The position numbers and the translations under genes were made by a program. From Candidatus Hadarchaeota archaeon (GTDB lineage: Archaea > Hadarchaeota > Hadarchaeia > Hadarchaeales > Hadarchaeaceae), in NCBI GenBank assembly GCA_040755315.1, contig JBFMBF010000005.1, forward strand, positions 1-58,126: a stretch of DNA of 58,126 nucleotides, in the 5' to 3' direction. The notes beneath the pieces are model-generated. The model made no database searches, had not been told where the DNA came from, and saw nothing but the letters and a program-made list of their open reading frames with translations. Of the stretch, positions 47,197 to 58,126 are shown in pieces (positions within the stretch are counted from its first letter, which is position 1; each line of letters begins with the position of its first letter).

Positions 47197-48602
47197 GCGA
47201 TTGCCTCCTCCAAAACGTTGCCGAGTCGCGTTATAAACTCGTCCACCTTGTCTTTCGGGATTCTGCCGCCTGCCGAGACATCGTGGCCTCCGCCGTATCC
47301 TCCCACCTCCCCGCAGGCTTTGGCAAGAGCATCCCCCATGTTGACGCCCTTCATTGCCAGCCCTGGGGTGCTCCTGGCAGATATCTTTATTCTTTCGGTT
47401 TTCGTCTCCGCCAACCCAATCACGGGGACATCCATTGAAATCAGGCCGGACTCTATCAAGAGTGAGATGGCCTCTCCTACCATCCCGGAGTTAACCTCGC
47501 TGCCGCAATGGATGTATCTGAAAGATTTTGCTTGTTTGAAGTATGCTAATTTTCCTTTGAACCACTCAAGAGTTTTCAGCATTTCCTCCTGTATTCCCCG
47601 AAGGAGAGCTACTGCCTCCTCCAGGACCGTTTCGTCTCCGGCGCCGACCGCCAGCCCTACCTCTGGCTTTTTCATGTTGCCGCAGGCGTCAAAAAGCGCC
47701 GCCTGTTCCCTCAGGTCCCTCGGGCCGACAACATCTCCCGTCATGATCGTGTAAATTGGCCCCCAGATGGTGTGCTGGAAATCCTCGTTCGCAGCGAGTG
47801 GGCCAACGCGCGCGAAAATGGCGTCGGCGAGTGCGCGCTCGTCTTCAGGCTGAAGCTCAAATATTTTGCTTGAAAGGCTTACCCCGATGGACTCGACGAG
47901 AGCGCGGCATGCAGACAGGTTTTTGGATAGGCCAGGGATGTAAGGCCTAGTGGATGACCTGATACACTCCGCCACCGGAAGAAACGTCCTCCCCACGAGC
48001 CTCAGGCCCACCCCGGCGCTGACGAGCCCGAGGTCCAAGGCTCTCTTTGCAATAACGTCGTTCGCTCCCGTGAACCCGGAGTAAAACTCCTGCCTGTCAC
48101 CCACGGCGCCGACCAGGGCCAGCCCAGCCCATGGCCTGAAGTGGATGTCTAAGGCATCCGCCACGAAGTAGGCGCAGCCGCTGGCGCTGACATCCTTGGC
48201 CCCATTCAGGCCGCAGAGGTGGGGGTTCAGGTGGGCCAGGTTGGGGTGCTCCTTAGATGTTCCAGGGTGGTGGTCGATGACAACGACGTCCGACCCTTTT
48301 GAGAGGATGAACTTGTGTATGGCCTCAAGCTGCCCGCTGCCCTGATCAAGGAAGATGAAAAGGTCCTGCGGGCCTGTGGAAAGGGCCGCCATCTCTTCAT
48401 TAGAAAGCGGTTGGGTGAATTTGATGGAAAACGGCACATCGAAGGAGTAAAGACACCTCGCCATTACCGAGGCTGCTGAGATGCCATCGGCGTCCAAGTG
48501 TGACATCACGACAACGCGCCTTTTTCCATCTAACCTCAGCTTCAGGAACTCCGCGACATCGGAAGCCGCGCGCTGGAAGATTTTTATTTCAGCTCGTCCC
48601 AC
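47193..48602 (-). CDS. RecJ/Cdc45-like DHH nuclease (GAN-type, S15-linked)
   Basis: SHLDADG, DQGSG, IDHH, NPH...G, GAVGD.Q, GGGHDVSAG; follows rps15. Confidence 0.85.
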   Translation of the reverse strand: MGRAEIKIFQRAASDVAEFLKLRLDGKRRVVVMSHLDADGISAASVMARCLYSFDVPFSIKFTQPLSNEEMAALSTGPQDLFIFLDQGSGQLEAIHKFILSKGSDVVVIDHHPGTSKEHPNLAHLNPHLCGLNGAKDVSASGCAYFVADALDIHFRPWAGLALVGAVGDRQEFYSGFTGANDVIAKRALDLGLVSAGVGLRLVGRTFLPVAECIRSSTRPYIPGLSKNLSACRALVESIGVSLSSKIFELQPEDERALADAIFARVGPLAANEDFQHTIWGPIYTIMTGDVVGPRDLREQAALFDACGNMKKPEVGLAVGAGDETVLEEAVALLRGIQEEMLKTLEWFKGKLAYFKQAKSFRYIHCGSEVNSGMVGEAISLLIESGLISMDVPVIGLAETKTERIKISARSTPGLAMKGVNMGDALAKACGEVGGYGGGHDVSAGGRIPKDKVDEFITRLGNVLEEAIA

Positions 48603-48665
48603 AGGTGACCCTCACGACGTTGAATATCTCCCATCGGCGGGGGGGTTATTAACAGTTTTTATGGC

Positions 48666-49076
48666 CTAGCGCTTGATAAGCAGGGCTGCCCGCTCCCTGT
48701 CATACTTCCAGTCTGGAGGCAGGGCACCTTCTTCTTTGTAGTGGCGGGCGAGAGAGTTTATCTTGGCCTCCGTGATTTCAACCGCCCTTCTCATCGTGAA
48801 ATCTTTCGGGTGCTTCCCCATGTGACCGTACATCTTCACGGCGTGGGCGATGAGGCCGGCGAGGTCCTCCGGTAGGGATTGTTTTATCCCGTGCGACTCC
48901 AGAATCTGGGTGATGTTCTTGCCCGTGAGCTTTTTCACGCTCGGCACGGCATACTGGTCCCGTAGTGTTGTCCCTATTTTGCTGGGCGGCGTTCCTTCCT
49001 TTCCCATTTTGACCACAAGCTCCTCCACCTCGGAGGGGGTAACCCCAGCAATCTGTTTTTGAACCTCGACGGCCAT
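48666..49076 (-). CDS. rps15: 30S ribosomal protein S15 (uS15)
   Basis: PSKIG..LRDQY, LPEDL, HPKD, LP.DWKY. Confidence 0.93.
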   Translation of the reverse strand: MAVEVQKQIAGVTPSEVEELVVKMGKEGTPPSKIGTTLRDQYAVPSVKKLTGKNITQILESHGIKQSLPEDLAGLIAHAVKMYGHMGKHPKDFTMRRAVEITEAKINSLARHYKEEGALPPDWKYDRERAALLIKR

Positions 49077-49084
49077 TTTACACC

Positions 49085-49638
49085 TCATTTACCTGTTTTG
49101 AACCACTTGATAAACTCTTCCACAGACCTGGCCCTGTGAGAAAATCTGTTCTTCTCAGCCGTCGACATCTCACCAAAAGTCAACTTTTCCCCTTCAGGCG
49201 AAAAAATGGGGTCGAAGCCGAAGCCTTTGGAGCCAGTTGGCGAAGTTGTTATCGTCCCACGGATCTTCCCGCTGAACACCACTGTTTTTCCGCCGGGCTT
49301 ACAGTAGCCGACGGCCGAGCGGAATTCCGCCCCACGGTCGGGCACGCCGCCAAGCAGTTTCAGCAGCCCTTGATTGCCAATCGTAAGGAAGACGTACTTT
49401 GAGTAGGGGCCCGGGAAGCCTTTTAAAGCGTCCACGAAAAGCCCTGCGTCCTCCACAAAACACGGCGCCATCAGGAGCGCCGAGGCCTGTTGTGCCCCAA
49501 CCTGGACTATTTCCTCAAGGCTGTCCGACTGAATCTCGATGTATGGGGTTGGGCTGCGCTTTACCTCGACACCCTCCCTCGCGGCTATCTCCTGCACCTC
49601 CTTGAACTTGTGCGGGTTGCTCGTGACGAATGTCAGCG

Positions 49639-49642
<4 letters not shown>
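49085..49642 (-). CDS. rdgB: Non-canonical purine NTP pyrophosphatase
   Basis: TSNPHK, EDAGL, FPGPYS, GFGFDPIF, KN.FSHR. Confidence 0.94.
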
Positions 49643-51278
<1,636 letters not shown>

Positions 51279-51357
51279 CTAATCAATACTGGCAGCTAAC
51301 ATCAAAAAGCTTCCAATCACACATACACGCAGAATTTTTCTAAAAAAGTAAACGCAG

Positions 51358-51399
51358 GTGTTTAACATGTAAATATTTTTAAGCTTATGTGTTAAACAT
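51358..51399. promoter_or_regulatory. Paired quasi-palindromic operator-like sites flanking the tupA TATA-like tract
   Basis: GTGTTTAACAT (51358-51368) and GTGTTAAACAT (51389-51399) around TTTTTAAG. Confidence 0.55.
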
Positions 51400-51410
51400 C
51401 ATTGATTTGG

Positions 51411-52367
51411 ATGAACAAGAAGTTCACAGCCCTAGTCATTCTCGTGGCTTTGGCAATTTCCGCTCTCGCTGTTTCAGAAGTTGTGAGAAAAGGAGAGAAA
51501 AAGCTGATGATTGCCAGCACGACAAGCATTTACGACACCGGCCTGCTGGACGAGATCGCTGACAACTACAGGGCAAGCCGCAGCACCAGCCTTTACTTCC
51601 TTGCCCTCGGCACCGGGCAGTCGTTGGGGCACGCGAGGCGCGGGGACGCTGACGCGGTTCTTGTACACTCGCCCCAATTGGAGAACTTGTTTTTGGTGGA
51701 AGGTACAGGAGGAGCCAGGAAAATCATAGCATACAATTTCTTCGCCATCGTTGGTCCGCCAAACGACCCCGCCGGCATAGTAAACATGCCCCCACTTTCA
51801 GCCCTGCAAAAAATAGCCCAAGAGAATCGGACATGGGTTTCGCGCGGGGACAACTCCGGCACTCACACGAAAGAAAAGTCCCTCTGGAAATCCGCCGACA
51901 TTCAGCTGTCGCAAATCCAAGGAATGAGCTGGTATCTTGAATCAGGCACAGGAATGGGGCAAACGCTGTTGATTGCGAACGAGCGTGGGGCGTATACCCT
52001 CGCGGACATGGGGACATACCTGAAGTACAAGACTGACAACTTGGTCAACCTGAAAATATTGGTGGAGCAGGGTCGGGAACTCTTGAATGTTTACAGCGTG
52101 ATGGCTGTCAACCCAGAAAACCATCCGAACGTGAACTTCAGCGGGGCCGTCCAATTCATCGAGTTCATGGTTTCTGAGAACGGCCAGAAGCTCATCGGGG
52201 ACTTCGGCGTGACAAAGTACGGGCGTCCGCTTTTTTACCCTGCCGTGCAACTTTTGCAGGAGAACACAGACTCGCAACTGGCAAGCTGGATCCGCGACGA
52301 TGCTTTCTTTGAAAACAGCGAATGCCCGCAAAGGTACAGACTTGGACAGGAGCAGTTGTACCAATGA
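51411..52367 (+). CDS. tupA: Tungstate ABC transporter substrate-binding protein
   Basis: Signal anchor; STTS..DTGLL, GTGQ, SRGDNSGTH.KE, G.GMG. Confidence 0.9.
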   Translation: MNKKFTALVILVALAISALAVSEVVRKGEKKLMIASTTSIYDTGLLDEIADNYRASRSTSLYFLALGTGQSLGHARRGDADAVLVHSPQLENLFLVEGTGGARKIIAYNFFAIVGPPNDPAGIVNMPPLSALQKIAQENRTWVSRGDNSGTHTKEKSLWKSADIQLSQIQGMSWYLESGTGMGQTLLIANERGAYTLADMGTYLKYKTDNLVNLKILVEQGRELLNVYSVMAVNPENHPNVNFSGAVQFIEFMVSENGQKLIGDFGVTKYGRPLFYPAVQLLQENTDSQLASWIRDDAFFENSECPQRYRLGQEQLYQ

Positions 52368-52999
52368 CCGAGCAGCTTTTGGATATTGTCATACGCTCGC
52401 TCTGGATTTCCGGCACGGCCCTTCTTTTGGCACTTCTCTGGAGCATCCCGATTTCAATGAATCTGGCGCTGCGCAGGTTCAGAGGCAGACATACATTGAT
52501 AAGCTTCTTCAACGCGATGCTCGGCATTCCGACGGTGGCGCTTGGTCTTGCCTTGTATCTGATTTTATCCTCGGGTGGGCCGCTCGGTTTTCTCGACTTG
52601 ATGTACACCCCAACTGCGATAATAATTGGTCAGGCCCTGCTAATCACTCCTGTAATCGTGAGTCTGCTTACGAGCGCGATAGAGGCCGTCGACCCCAGCA
52701 TAAGGGAACTGGCCAGAACTTTGGGAGCCTCGGATTCTCAGGCTTCTTTCGCCGTCCTAAAGGAGGCAAGGAAGGGCAGCATCCTCGCGGGGGTGGCGGC
52801 TTTCAATCGAGCCATTTCTGAACTGGGAATTGCGCTGATGCTTGGCGGGAGTATCAAGGGGCTCTCAGCGGTAATGACTACCCAGATATCGCTCGGGATA
52901 AACAGTGGCGAGCAGTGGCTCTCCATCCAGCTCACCATCGTGCTGCTTGCAATTGTTTTTGCATTGACTTTCTTGGCGAACCTGTTGAGGAGGGACTAG
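52364..52999 (+). CDS. tupB: Tungstate ABC transporter permease
   Basis: Hydrophobic; PTV..GL, GPLG, RAISE.G....GG.I. Confidence 0.88.
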   Translation: MTEQLLDIVIRSLWISGTALLLALLWSIPISMNLALRRFRGRHTLISFFNAMLGIPTVALGLALYLILSSGGPLGFLDLMYTPTAIIIGQALLITPVIVSLLTSAIEAVDPSIRELARTLGASDSQASFAVLKEARKGSILAGVAAFNRAISELGIALMLGGSIKGLSAVMTTQISLGINSGEQWLSIQLTIVLLAIVFALTFLANLLRRD

Positions 53000-53719
53000 A
53001 TGGCTGCGCTTTTGAAGTTGAAAGGTGTGGGAAGAAAATATGATGTAAAAACTGCTCTACATAAGATAGACCTTGACATCAAGAGGGGAGAAATTTTTTC
53101 AATCATTGGCCCCAACGGTGCCGGAAAGACAACACTTCTCCGGACGATGGCGCTCCTAGACAACCCGTCCGGCGGAGAAATATTTTACATGGGGCGCAAA
53201 GTCAGCAGAGCGAATGCGCTGGCTTTCAGGAAAAAAGTAACCATGGTTTTCCAGCAGCCGGTTATGTTCAACACAACTGTATTTGAAAACGTTGCATATG
53301 GCCTCAAAATAAGGGAAGTTGCTGATGAACAGGTAAATCAAAAAGTTGCAACGGCACTCGAGCTGGTCGGGATGGAGGGTTTCTCAGAGCGGAGGGGCAA
53401 AAAACTCTCAGGCGGAGAACAACAACGTGTCGTGCTTGCGCGGGCGCTGGTGTTGGAGCCGGAACTTCTCCTGCTGGACGAACCAACTGCCAACCTTGAC
53501 CCTGCAAACGTCCCACTTGTGGAAAAAATCATCACGGGGTTGAAAGGAAAAACAACGGTGGTGGTCGCTACCCACAACCTGTTCCAGGCGAAGAGAATAT
53601 CAGACAGAGTTGCCTGCCTTTTGGAAGGCGAGCTGATTGACATCGGAAAAACTGAAGAAGTTTTCAAGCACCCGAAAGACGAGAGAACCAAAAAGTTCAT
53701 CCGAGGCGAGTTCTTCTAA
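53000..53719 (+). CDS. tupC: Tungstate ABC transporter ATPase
   Basis: GPNGAGKT, LSGGEQQR, LLDEPT. Confidence 0.88.
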   Translation: MAALLKLKGVGRKYDVKTALHKIDLDIKRGEIFSIIGPNGAGKTTLLRTMALLDNPSGGEIFYMGRKVSRANALAFRKKVTMVFQQPVMFNTTVFENVAYGLKIREVADEQVNQKVATALELVGMEGFSERRGKKLSGGEQQRVVLARALVLEPELLLLDEPTANLDPANVPLVEKIITGLKGKTTVVVATHNLFQAKRISDRVACLLEGELIDIGKTEEVFKHPKDERTKKFIRGEFF

Positions 53720-53889
53720 GATTCGCCCTTGAACTCTGTGAAGCCGCACTTCCCGCAAGCCCACCTGTTCTTGTGCTCGCCCATGAACACTCCCGGGCCA
53801 CAGCGAGGGCAGGTCGGCCTTGATCTCTTCAGGAAATCCTTGTCAATTTTGTAGAGCTTGGATTTCATCGCTTTTTGTTTTTTTGGCAT
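53716..53889 (-). CDS. rps27ae: 30S ribosomal protein S27ae (eS31), not in the ORF track
   Basis: Manual translation MPKKQKAMKSKLYKIDKDFLKRSRPTCPRCGPGVFMGEHKNRWACGKCGFTEFKGES*. Confidence 0.95.
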   Translation of the reverse strand: MPKKQKAMKSKLYKIDKDFLKRSRPTCPRCGPGVFMGEHKNRWACGKCGFTEFKGES

Positions 53890-53890
53890 T

Positions 53891-54310
53891 TTACCCCTCC
53901 TTCTTCTCAGGCGCTTTCTCTTCCTTTGGCTTTTCCTGGGCTTTTGCCTCTTCCTTCGGCGCTTCCTTCTTTTCTGCCTGGGCTTTCTCCTCCTTCTTCG
54001 GGGCCTCTGCTGGCTTCTCTTCAGGCACCTCCTTCGGCATGCCGCGCTTTCTCAGGTATTCCCGCTCCATCGACTCCATGTCTTCCTTCGAGCCGTATGC
54101 TCTGGCCGTGCCCGAAGCTGTCTGCTCCCCATGGACGCTTGAGATTTTGTCTATCACAACCGCATCTTCCGGGACACCGAGCTGGGAGGCAAGCTCGCCC
54201 CTGACCTCAAGCCGCTTCGGCGTGGCTGCCCCAGAGTGGTCGACCGTGAACCTCAGCTCGACCCTCTTCAGCAGCGGGTTTTCCACTTTCGACAGGATTT
54301 CTACCTTCAT
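53891..54310 (-). CDS. rps24e: 30S ribosomal protein S24e with Glu/Lys/Ala/Pro-rich tail
   Basis: ENPLLKR.E, ATP.R, G.ARAY. Confidence 0.93.
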   Translation of the reverse strand: MKVEILSKVENPLLKRVELRFTVDHSGAATPKRLEVRGELASQLGVPEDAVVIDKISSVHGEQTASGTARAYGSKEDMESMEREYLRKRGMPKEVPEEKPAEAPKKEEKAQAEKKEAPKEEAKAQEKPKEEKAPEKKEG

Positions 54311-54352
54311 TCAACCGCCTCTTCTTGTTTTCGCTGCAATAAAAACCAACGC

Positions 54353-54877
54353 CTAACTGCCCCCGGACTTCATTTTTTCAACTATTACCGAAAACTCGCG
54401 TTTCTTGTCCACAGTGACTTCTATCACGACCAATCCTTCCTTCGGTTGCCCGTACACCACTATCGCGCCCAGAGGCGCCGAAAGCACGGCGGGCAGCGCG
54501 GCCAAGTCCTCCTCCCCATCCACTATTATTTTTGTCGGAGGCTCGGCCGTTTCTATGGCCTTCACAAGCTCCGGGGTGATGCTTCCCGCCGGGTTTTTCA
54601 CCCGCACAATTTTTGCCTTGAAGGATTCAATCGCCTCTTTTATCTTGGCCTCGGCTTCGGTTCTCATGACTTTCATATCAACTATAACAAGGTCAGGTCT
54701 GGCTCCCGCGAGGATGAAATCCACCGTAACCCGGTCGCCGACCGTGATCAGGCGTGGCGGCTTCCCCCTTATATGGCTGAGCGCCTCCTGAACGCTACCG
54801 AAGAGCTGTCCCATTGGGCGCTGAAGCCTGGTTCTCATCCCTTCCGGCAGTTTTATTTCGCTTTCAAATCCCTTCAC
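54353..54877 (-). CDS. GTP-dependent dephospho-CoA kinase (DUF359)
   Basis: TVGD.VT, NPAG.IT, VDGEEDL, YGQP.EG. Confidence 0.88.
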   Translation of the reverse strand: MKGFESEIKLPEGMRTRLQRPMGQLFGSVQEALSHIRGKPPRLITVGDRVTVDFILAGARPDLVIVDMKVMRTEAEAKIKEAIESFKAKIVRVKNPAGSITPELVKAIETAEPPTKIIVDGEEDLAALPAVLSAPLGAIVVYGQPKEGLVVIEVTVDKKREFSVIVEKMKSGGS

Positions 54878-54926
54878 TAAATCGAAAATAATTACTGTAA
54901 AGAGAATAAGAAGATATGTGGTTTTG

Positions 54927-57761
54927 ATGGAAGTGTTCAAGCTGTTGGTCGGGCCTGTGAGGGATGCTCTCGCGGATTTCGGAATCAGCAGCCCCACGGC
55001 TCCGCAGGAAATGGCAATTCCTGCAATCCTTTCCGGGAAGAACCTCCTGCTGATAGCCCCAACGGGGACTGGCAAGACAGAGGCCGCCCTACTTCCGATC
55101 TTCAGCCTCCACCTCTCGAAAGAGAAGCAAAGCGGGATAAAAATAATCTACATCGCTCCACTCAGGGCCCTGAACCGAGACCTGCTGAACCGTCTCGAGG
55201 GCTGGGGGAAGAAGCTCGGGATTAGCATATCCGTCAGGCACGGTGACACTCCTGTCCGCGAGCGGCAGAAACAGGCTGCTCGTCCGCCAGACATGCTGAT
55301 AACCACTCCAGAAACACTGCAGGCCATCTTGCCGGGGAAGGTGATGAAGAAGCACCTCAGGGGCGTCAGGTGGGTGGTTGTGGATGAGATTCACGAGCTG
55401 GCGGAGGACAAGCGAGGCGCACAGCTGACGGTCGGCCTTGAGCGGCTCGTTGGGCTCGCCGGTGAATTCCAGAGGGTGGGACTTTCGGCGACTGTTGGCT
55501 CTGCTGAAAATGTCGCTGCCTTCCTTTCTGGCGCCGGGCGGGACATCGAAATTTCAAATGTTTCTGTGGAAAAAACACTGAAGATTGAGGTAGAGAGCCC
55601 GATGCCTTCGCTAAAGGACGCGGAGCTTTCGGAGAAAATTTACTCGGAGCCAACTCTAGTCGCCAGGCTCAGGCGGATGAGGGAACTTGTGACGGCGCAC
55701 GAGCGAACGCTGATTTTCGTCAACACGCGAGAAACAGCGGAGATGCTGGGGTCGCGACTCAGGCTTTTGGAGGGCGGCTTGCCAATTGGTGTTCATCACG
55801 GCTCCCTGGCGAGGGACGTCAGGATAGAGGCGGAGCAAAGGTTCAGGGAAGGGGAGATTAACGGCCTGATCTGCACATCCTCGATGGAGTTGGGAATTGA
55901 CATAGGCGCCGTTGACTTGGTTCTCCAGTACATGTCGCCGCGCCAAGTCGTCCGTCTGGTCCAGAGGGTCGGGCGCTCCGGGCACAGGGTGGGCCAACTC
56001 TCGAAGGGCTTGGTAATCGCAACTTCTCCGGACGACATAGCGGAGGCGGCGGTGATCGCGAGGAAGACGATGGCGGGGGAACTTGAGGGCGGGAAAATTC
56101 ATGAGCTTGCCCTTGACGTGATGGCGCACCAGCTGGTCGGGATTTGCTTGGACAAGGGCGGCGCTACGGCGGGGGAAGCTATGGAAATTCTGAGTAAAGC
56201 CCACCCGTTCAGGGATTTACAGCTACATGACGTGAACTCTGTTCTTGAGCAGTTGAAAGCGGAGGGGATTTTGTTTGAGAGAGAGGGGAAGTTCAAAACC
56301 GGAAGGGGCGGGATTGAGTATTATTTCTCCAACCTCTCCATGATCCCAGACTCCAAGCGCTACACCACAAGAAACATCGCGTCTGGAAAATCCGTTGCAG
56401 CTCTTGACGAGGAGTTTGTGGCATCTTACGTAGAGCCGGGGGCGACGTTCATCTGTAAGGGGGAGACCTGGAGGGCGGTGGAGGTCGACCACGACAGGGC
56501 GACCGTCTCAGTTGAAGAGGCCGACGAACCGGTCGGGGCTATCCCGGCGTGGGAGGGCGAGCTGATCCCAGTTCCGTTCGAGGTCGCTCGGGAGGTCGGC
56601 ATGCTGAGGGCGCGCGTTGAAAAGGCCCTGAAGGCCGGGCGCCGGAGGGATGCGGTTTCGCTCCTTGCGGATGACTACTCTTTAAGTCAGGAGGCAGCTG
56701 GGTGGTTCTTGGACGAGATTTCCGATTGCGTCGAAGGCGGGGCTCAAGTTCCCACAGATGATGTAGTGCTGATGGAGACGGGCGGAGAGTTTGTGGTGGT
56801 CCACATGTGCTTCGGCAGCCTCGTCAACAACACCATCGGCTGGGTGCTCGGGAGCATGCTGTCGGCCAGGCTTGGAACAAGCGTCGCCGTTAAGATTGAT
56901 CCATACCGGGTGGCTCTCAGGTTTCCCGGAGAGCCGAGGCCAGACTTGGTTGAGGAGGCGCTCAGGACCTTGTCGCCGGGCCAGCTGAGGGCGGTGACTG
57001 AGCTGACTATGAAAAACAGCTCGATGTTCAAGTGGCGCCTTGTTCATGTCGCCAAGCGCTTCGGGGCGATCAAAAGGGGAGCTGACCTCAGCAGCATTAA
57101 CCTGCGGCGCCTCGTCGGGACTTTTGAAGGCACTCCCATTTACAGCGAGACCATCAGGGAAATCATGCTGGAAAAGCTCGACCTTCCCCGGGCGGAAGAA
57201 GTTCTGAAGAAGATTCACTTGGGCGATATCAAAGTGATTCGGGCGGAAGGGAAGGAGCTGACTCCATTGGCCTGGATCATTCTCGACGAGCTCTCCGGGG
57301 GAGAAATCGTCACGCCGAAGCGGGCGGAGAAGGAAATACTGGCGTCGGTGAAACTGAGGCTGGAGCAGAAGGGGGCGAGGCTGCACTGCATGAACTGCAA
57401 CCAGTGGACAGTCTACACAAGGGTGAAGCGGCTCCCCGACCCTGTAGAGTGCAAGAAGTGTGGAGCGAGGCTTGTGACGGTCCTGCCTTTCGAATACAGG
57501 AAAACCCTCGCTGCCATAAAAAAGAAGGCGGCTGGAGTCAAGCTGACGGAGGCTGAGAGAAGACTTGTTGAAAAGGCGGTGCAATCGGCTACACTTCTAC
57601 TTACTTACGGGAAGAAAGCCGTGATTGCACTCTCCGGAAGAGGGGTCGGGCCAAGTGTCGCAACTAGGATTCTCGCGAAGAGGCCAGGTGGCGACGATTT
57701 ATACAGGGCGATCCTGAAGGCTGAGAAGACCTACGCTAGGACCAGAAGATTTTGGGACTAA
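54927..57761 (+). CDS. Lhr-family SF2 helicase with C-terminal Cys4 motif
   Basis: APTGTGKT, RHGDT, DEIH, LSAT, HHGSL, QRVGRSGH, CMNC..CKKC. Confidence 0.92.
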   Translation: MEVFKLLVGPVRDALADFGISSPTAPQEMAIPAILSGKNLLLIAPTGTGKTEAALLPIFSLHLSKEKQSGIKIIYIAPLRALNRDLLNRLEGWGKKLGISISVRHGDTPVRERQKQAARPPDMLITTPETLQAILPGKVMKKHLRGVRWVVVDEIHELAEDKRGAQLTVGLERLVGLAGEFQRVGLSATVGSAENVAAFLSGAGRDIEISNVSVEKTLKIEVESPMPSLKDAELSEKIYSEPTLVARLRRMRELVTAHERTLIFVNTRETAEMLGSRLRLLEGGLPIGVHHGSLARDVRIEAEQRFREGEINGLICTSSMELGIDIGAVDLVLQYMSPRQVVRLVQRVGRSGHRVGQLSKGLVIATSPDDIAEAAVIARKTMAGELEGGKIHELALDVMAHQLVGICLDKGGATAGEAMEILSKAHPFRDLQLHDVNSVLEQLKAEGILFEREGKFKTGRGGIEYYFSNLSMIPDSKRYTTRNIASGKSVAALDEEFVASYVEPGATFICKGETWRAVEVDHDRATVSVEEADEPVGAIPAWEGELIPVPFEVAREVGMLRARVEKALKAGRRRDAVSLLADDYSLSQEAAGWFLDEISDCVEGGAQVPTDDVVLMETGGEFVVVHMCFGSLVNNTIGWVLGSMLSARLGTSVAVKIDPYRVALRFPGEPRPDLVEEALRTLSPGQLRAVTELTMKNSSMFKWRLVHVAKRFGAIKRGADLSSINLRRLVGTFEGTPIYSETIREIMLEKLDLPRAEEVLKKIHLGDIKVIRAEGKELTPLAWIILDELSGGEIVTPKRAEKEILASVKLRLEQKGARLHCMNCNQWTVYTRVKRLPDPVECKKCGARLVTVLPFEYRKTLAAIKKKAAGVKLTEAERRLVEKAVQSATLLLTYGKKAVIALSGRGVGPSVATRILAKRPGGDDLYRAILKAEKTYARTRRFWD

Positions 57762-57820
57762 GTGGCTTGATTTGGAAAGTTTTAATACACTGAAGCGCTA
57801 AACTGCAAGTTGGGGGTGAA

Positions 57821-58018
57821 GTGAACGATAACCGATGGGTAGCATTAGCTGTGGTGGCAGTAATTTTGGCAGCTGCTTTTGGCTTTGGGCTTTCCCCAAG
57901 CCCCCTCCGCCGAAAACCAGCGGCCAACCGTGAACCAGAACTGCTAATCGGCTTCGCCTGGGGGATCCCAGCTGTTTCAGGAATTGAAAACATTTACTTT
58001 AGGAGTGTGCAAAAATAG
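57821..58018 (+). CDS. Short ORF with signal-peptide-like N-terminus (possibly remnant)
   Basis: GGGGTG RBS-like sequence, hydrophobic N-terminus, TTTTAATA upstream. Confidence 0.35.
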   Translation: MNDNRWVALAVVAVILAAAFGFGLSPSPLRRKPAANREPELLIGFAWGIPAVSGIENIYFRSVQK

Positions 58019-58046
58019 TTATCCGCCCAGAGCCCAAGCTACTTTT

Positions 58047-58122
58047 GCGCGGGTGCCGGTCGACCGCGCGACTCTATACTCCTCAAACCGAGTGTATGAT
58101 GCGGCGTTGCCGACACCCGCGC
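58047..58122. other. Long GC-rich stem-loop
   Basis: GCGCGGGTGCCGG/CCGACACCCGCGC (12 of 13 pairs) with inner CCGC/GCGG and TATACTC/GAGTGTA stems. Confidence 0.55.
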
Positions 58123-58126
58123 GCGC

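Noticed and set aside
53891..54030. EEKPAEAPKKEEK low-complexity repeats
   Set aside because: Ordinary charged tail of S24e.
54878..55075. N-terminal extension of the DUF359 ORF
   Set aside because: Overlaps the divergent helicase start; the real start is probably GTG at 54877.
56682..57584. 300-aa antisense ORF in the helicase gene
   Set aside because: Shadow ORF typical of GC-rich coding sequence.

Overview
Archaeal chromosomal segment, mostly housekeeping and euryarchaeal-like. A Hadarchaeia-like lineage is my guess from gene content and is not verified. It contains the exosome/proteasome superoperon, the DUF359-S24e-S27ae-(tup)-Kae1-Bud32-RdgB-S15-RecJ-Pcc-SerRS-S3Ae cluster, genes for the archaeal CoA route from pantoate, mvk-UbiD, ThrRS, SepRS, methanogen-type SerRS, RadA, proBA and an Lhr helicase. 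The most striking feature is a tRNA-Asn(GUU) gene with two introns. One is a canonical 37/38 intron. The other is a 16-nt intron at position 8/9 with a well-formed bulge-helix-bulge, and a duplicated 'decoy' acceptor strand in the 5' leader could enable its splicing. Other candidates are a promoter-bearing ~90-nt structured ncRNA downstream of radA, an orphan divergent EF-1alpha coupled to a membrane protein, a stand-alone CARF protein with no CRISPR locus in the window, a wHTH-fused LigD-like primase-polymerase beside an EndoV lacking a catalytic Asp, a DHH/Sm-like/Clp1 insert, and several operator-like repeats. All assignments come from reading motifs by eye; no searches were run.
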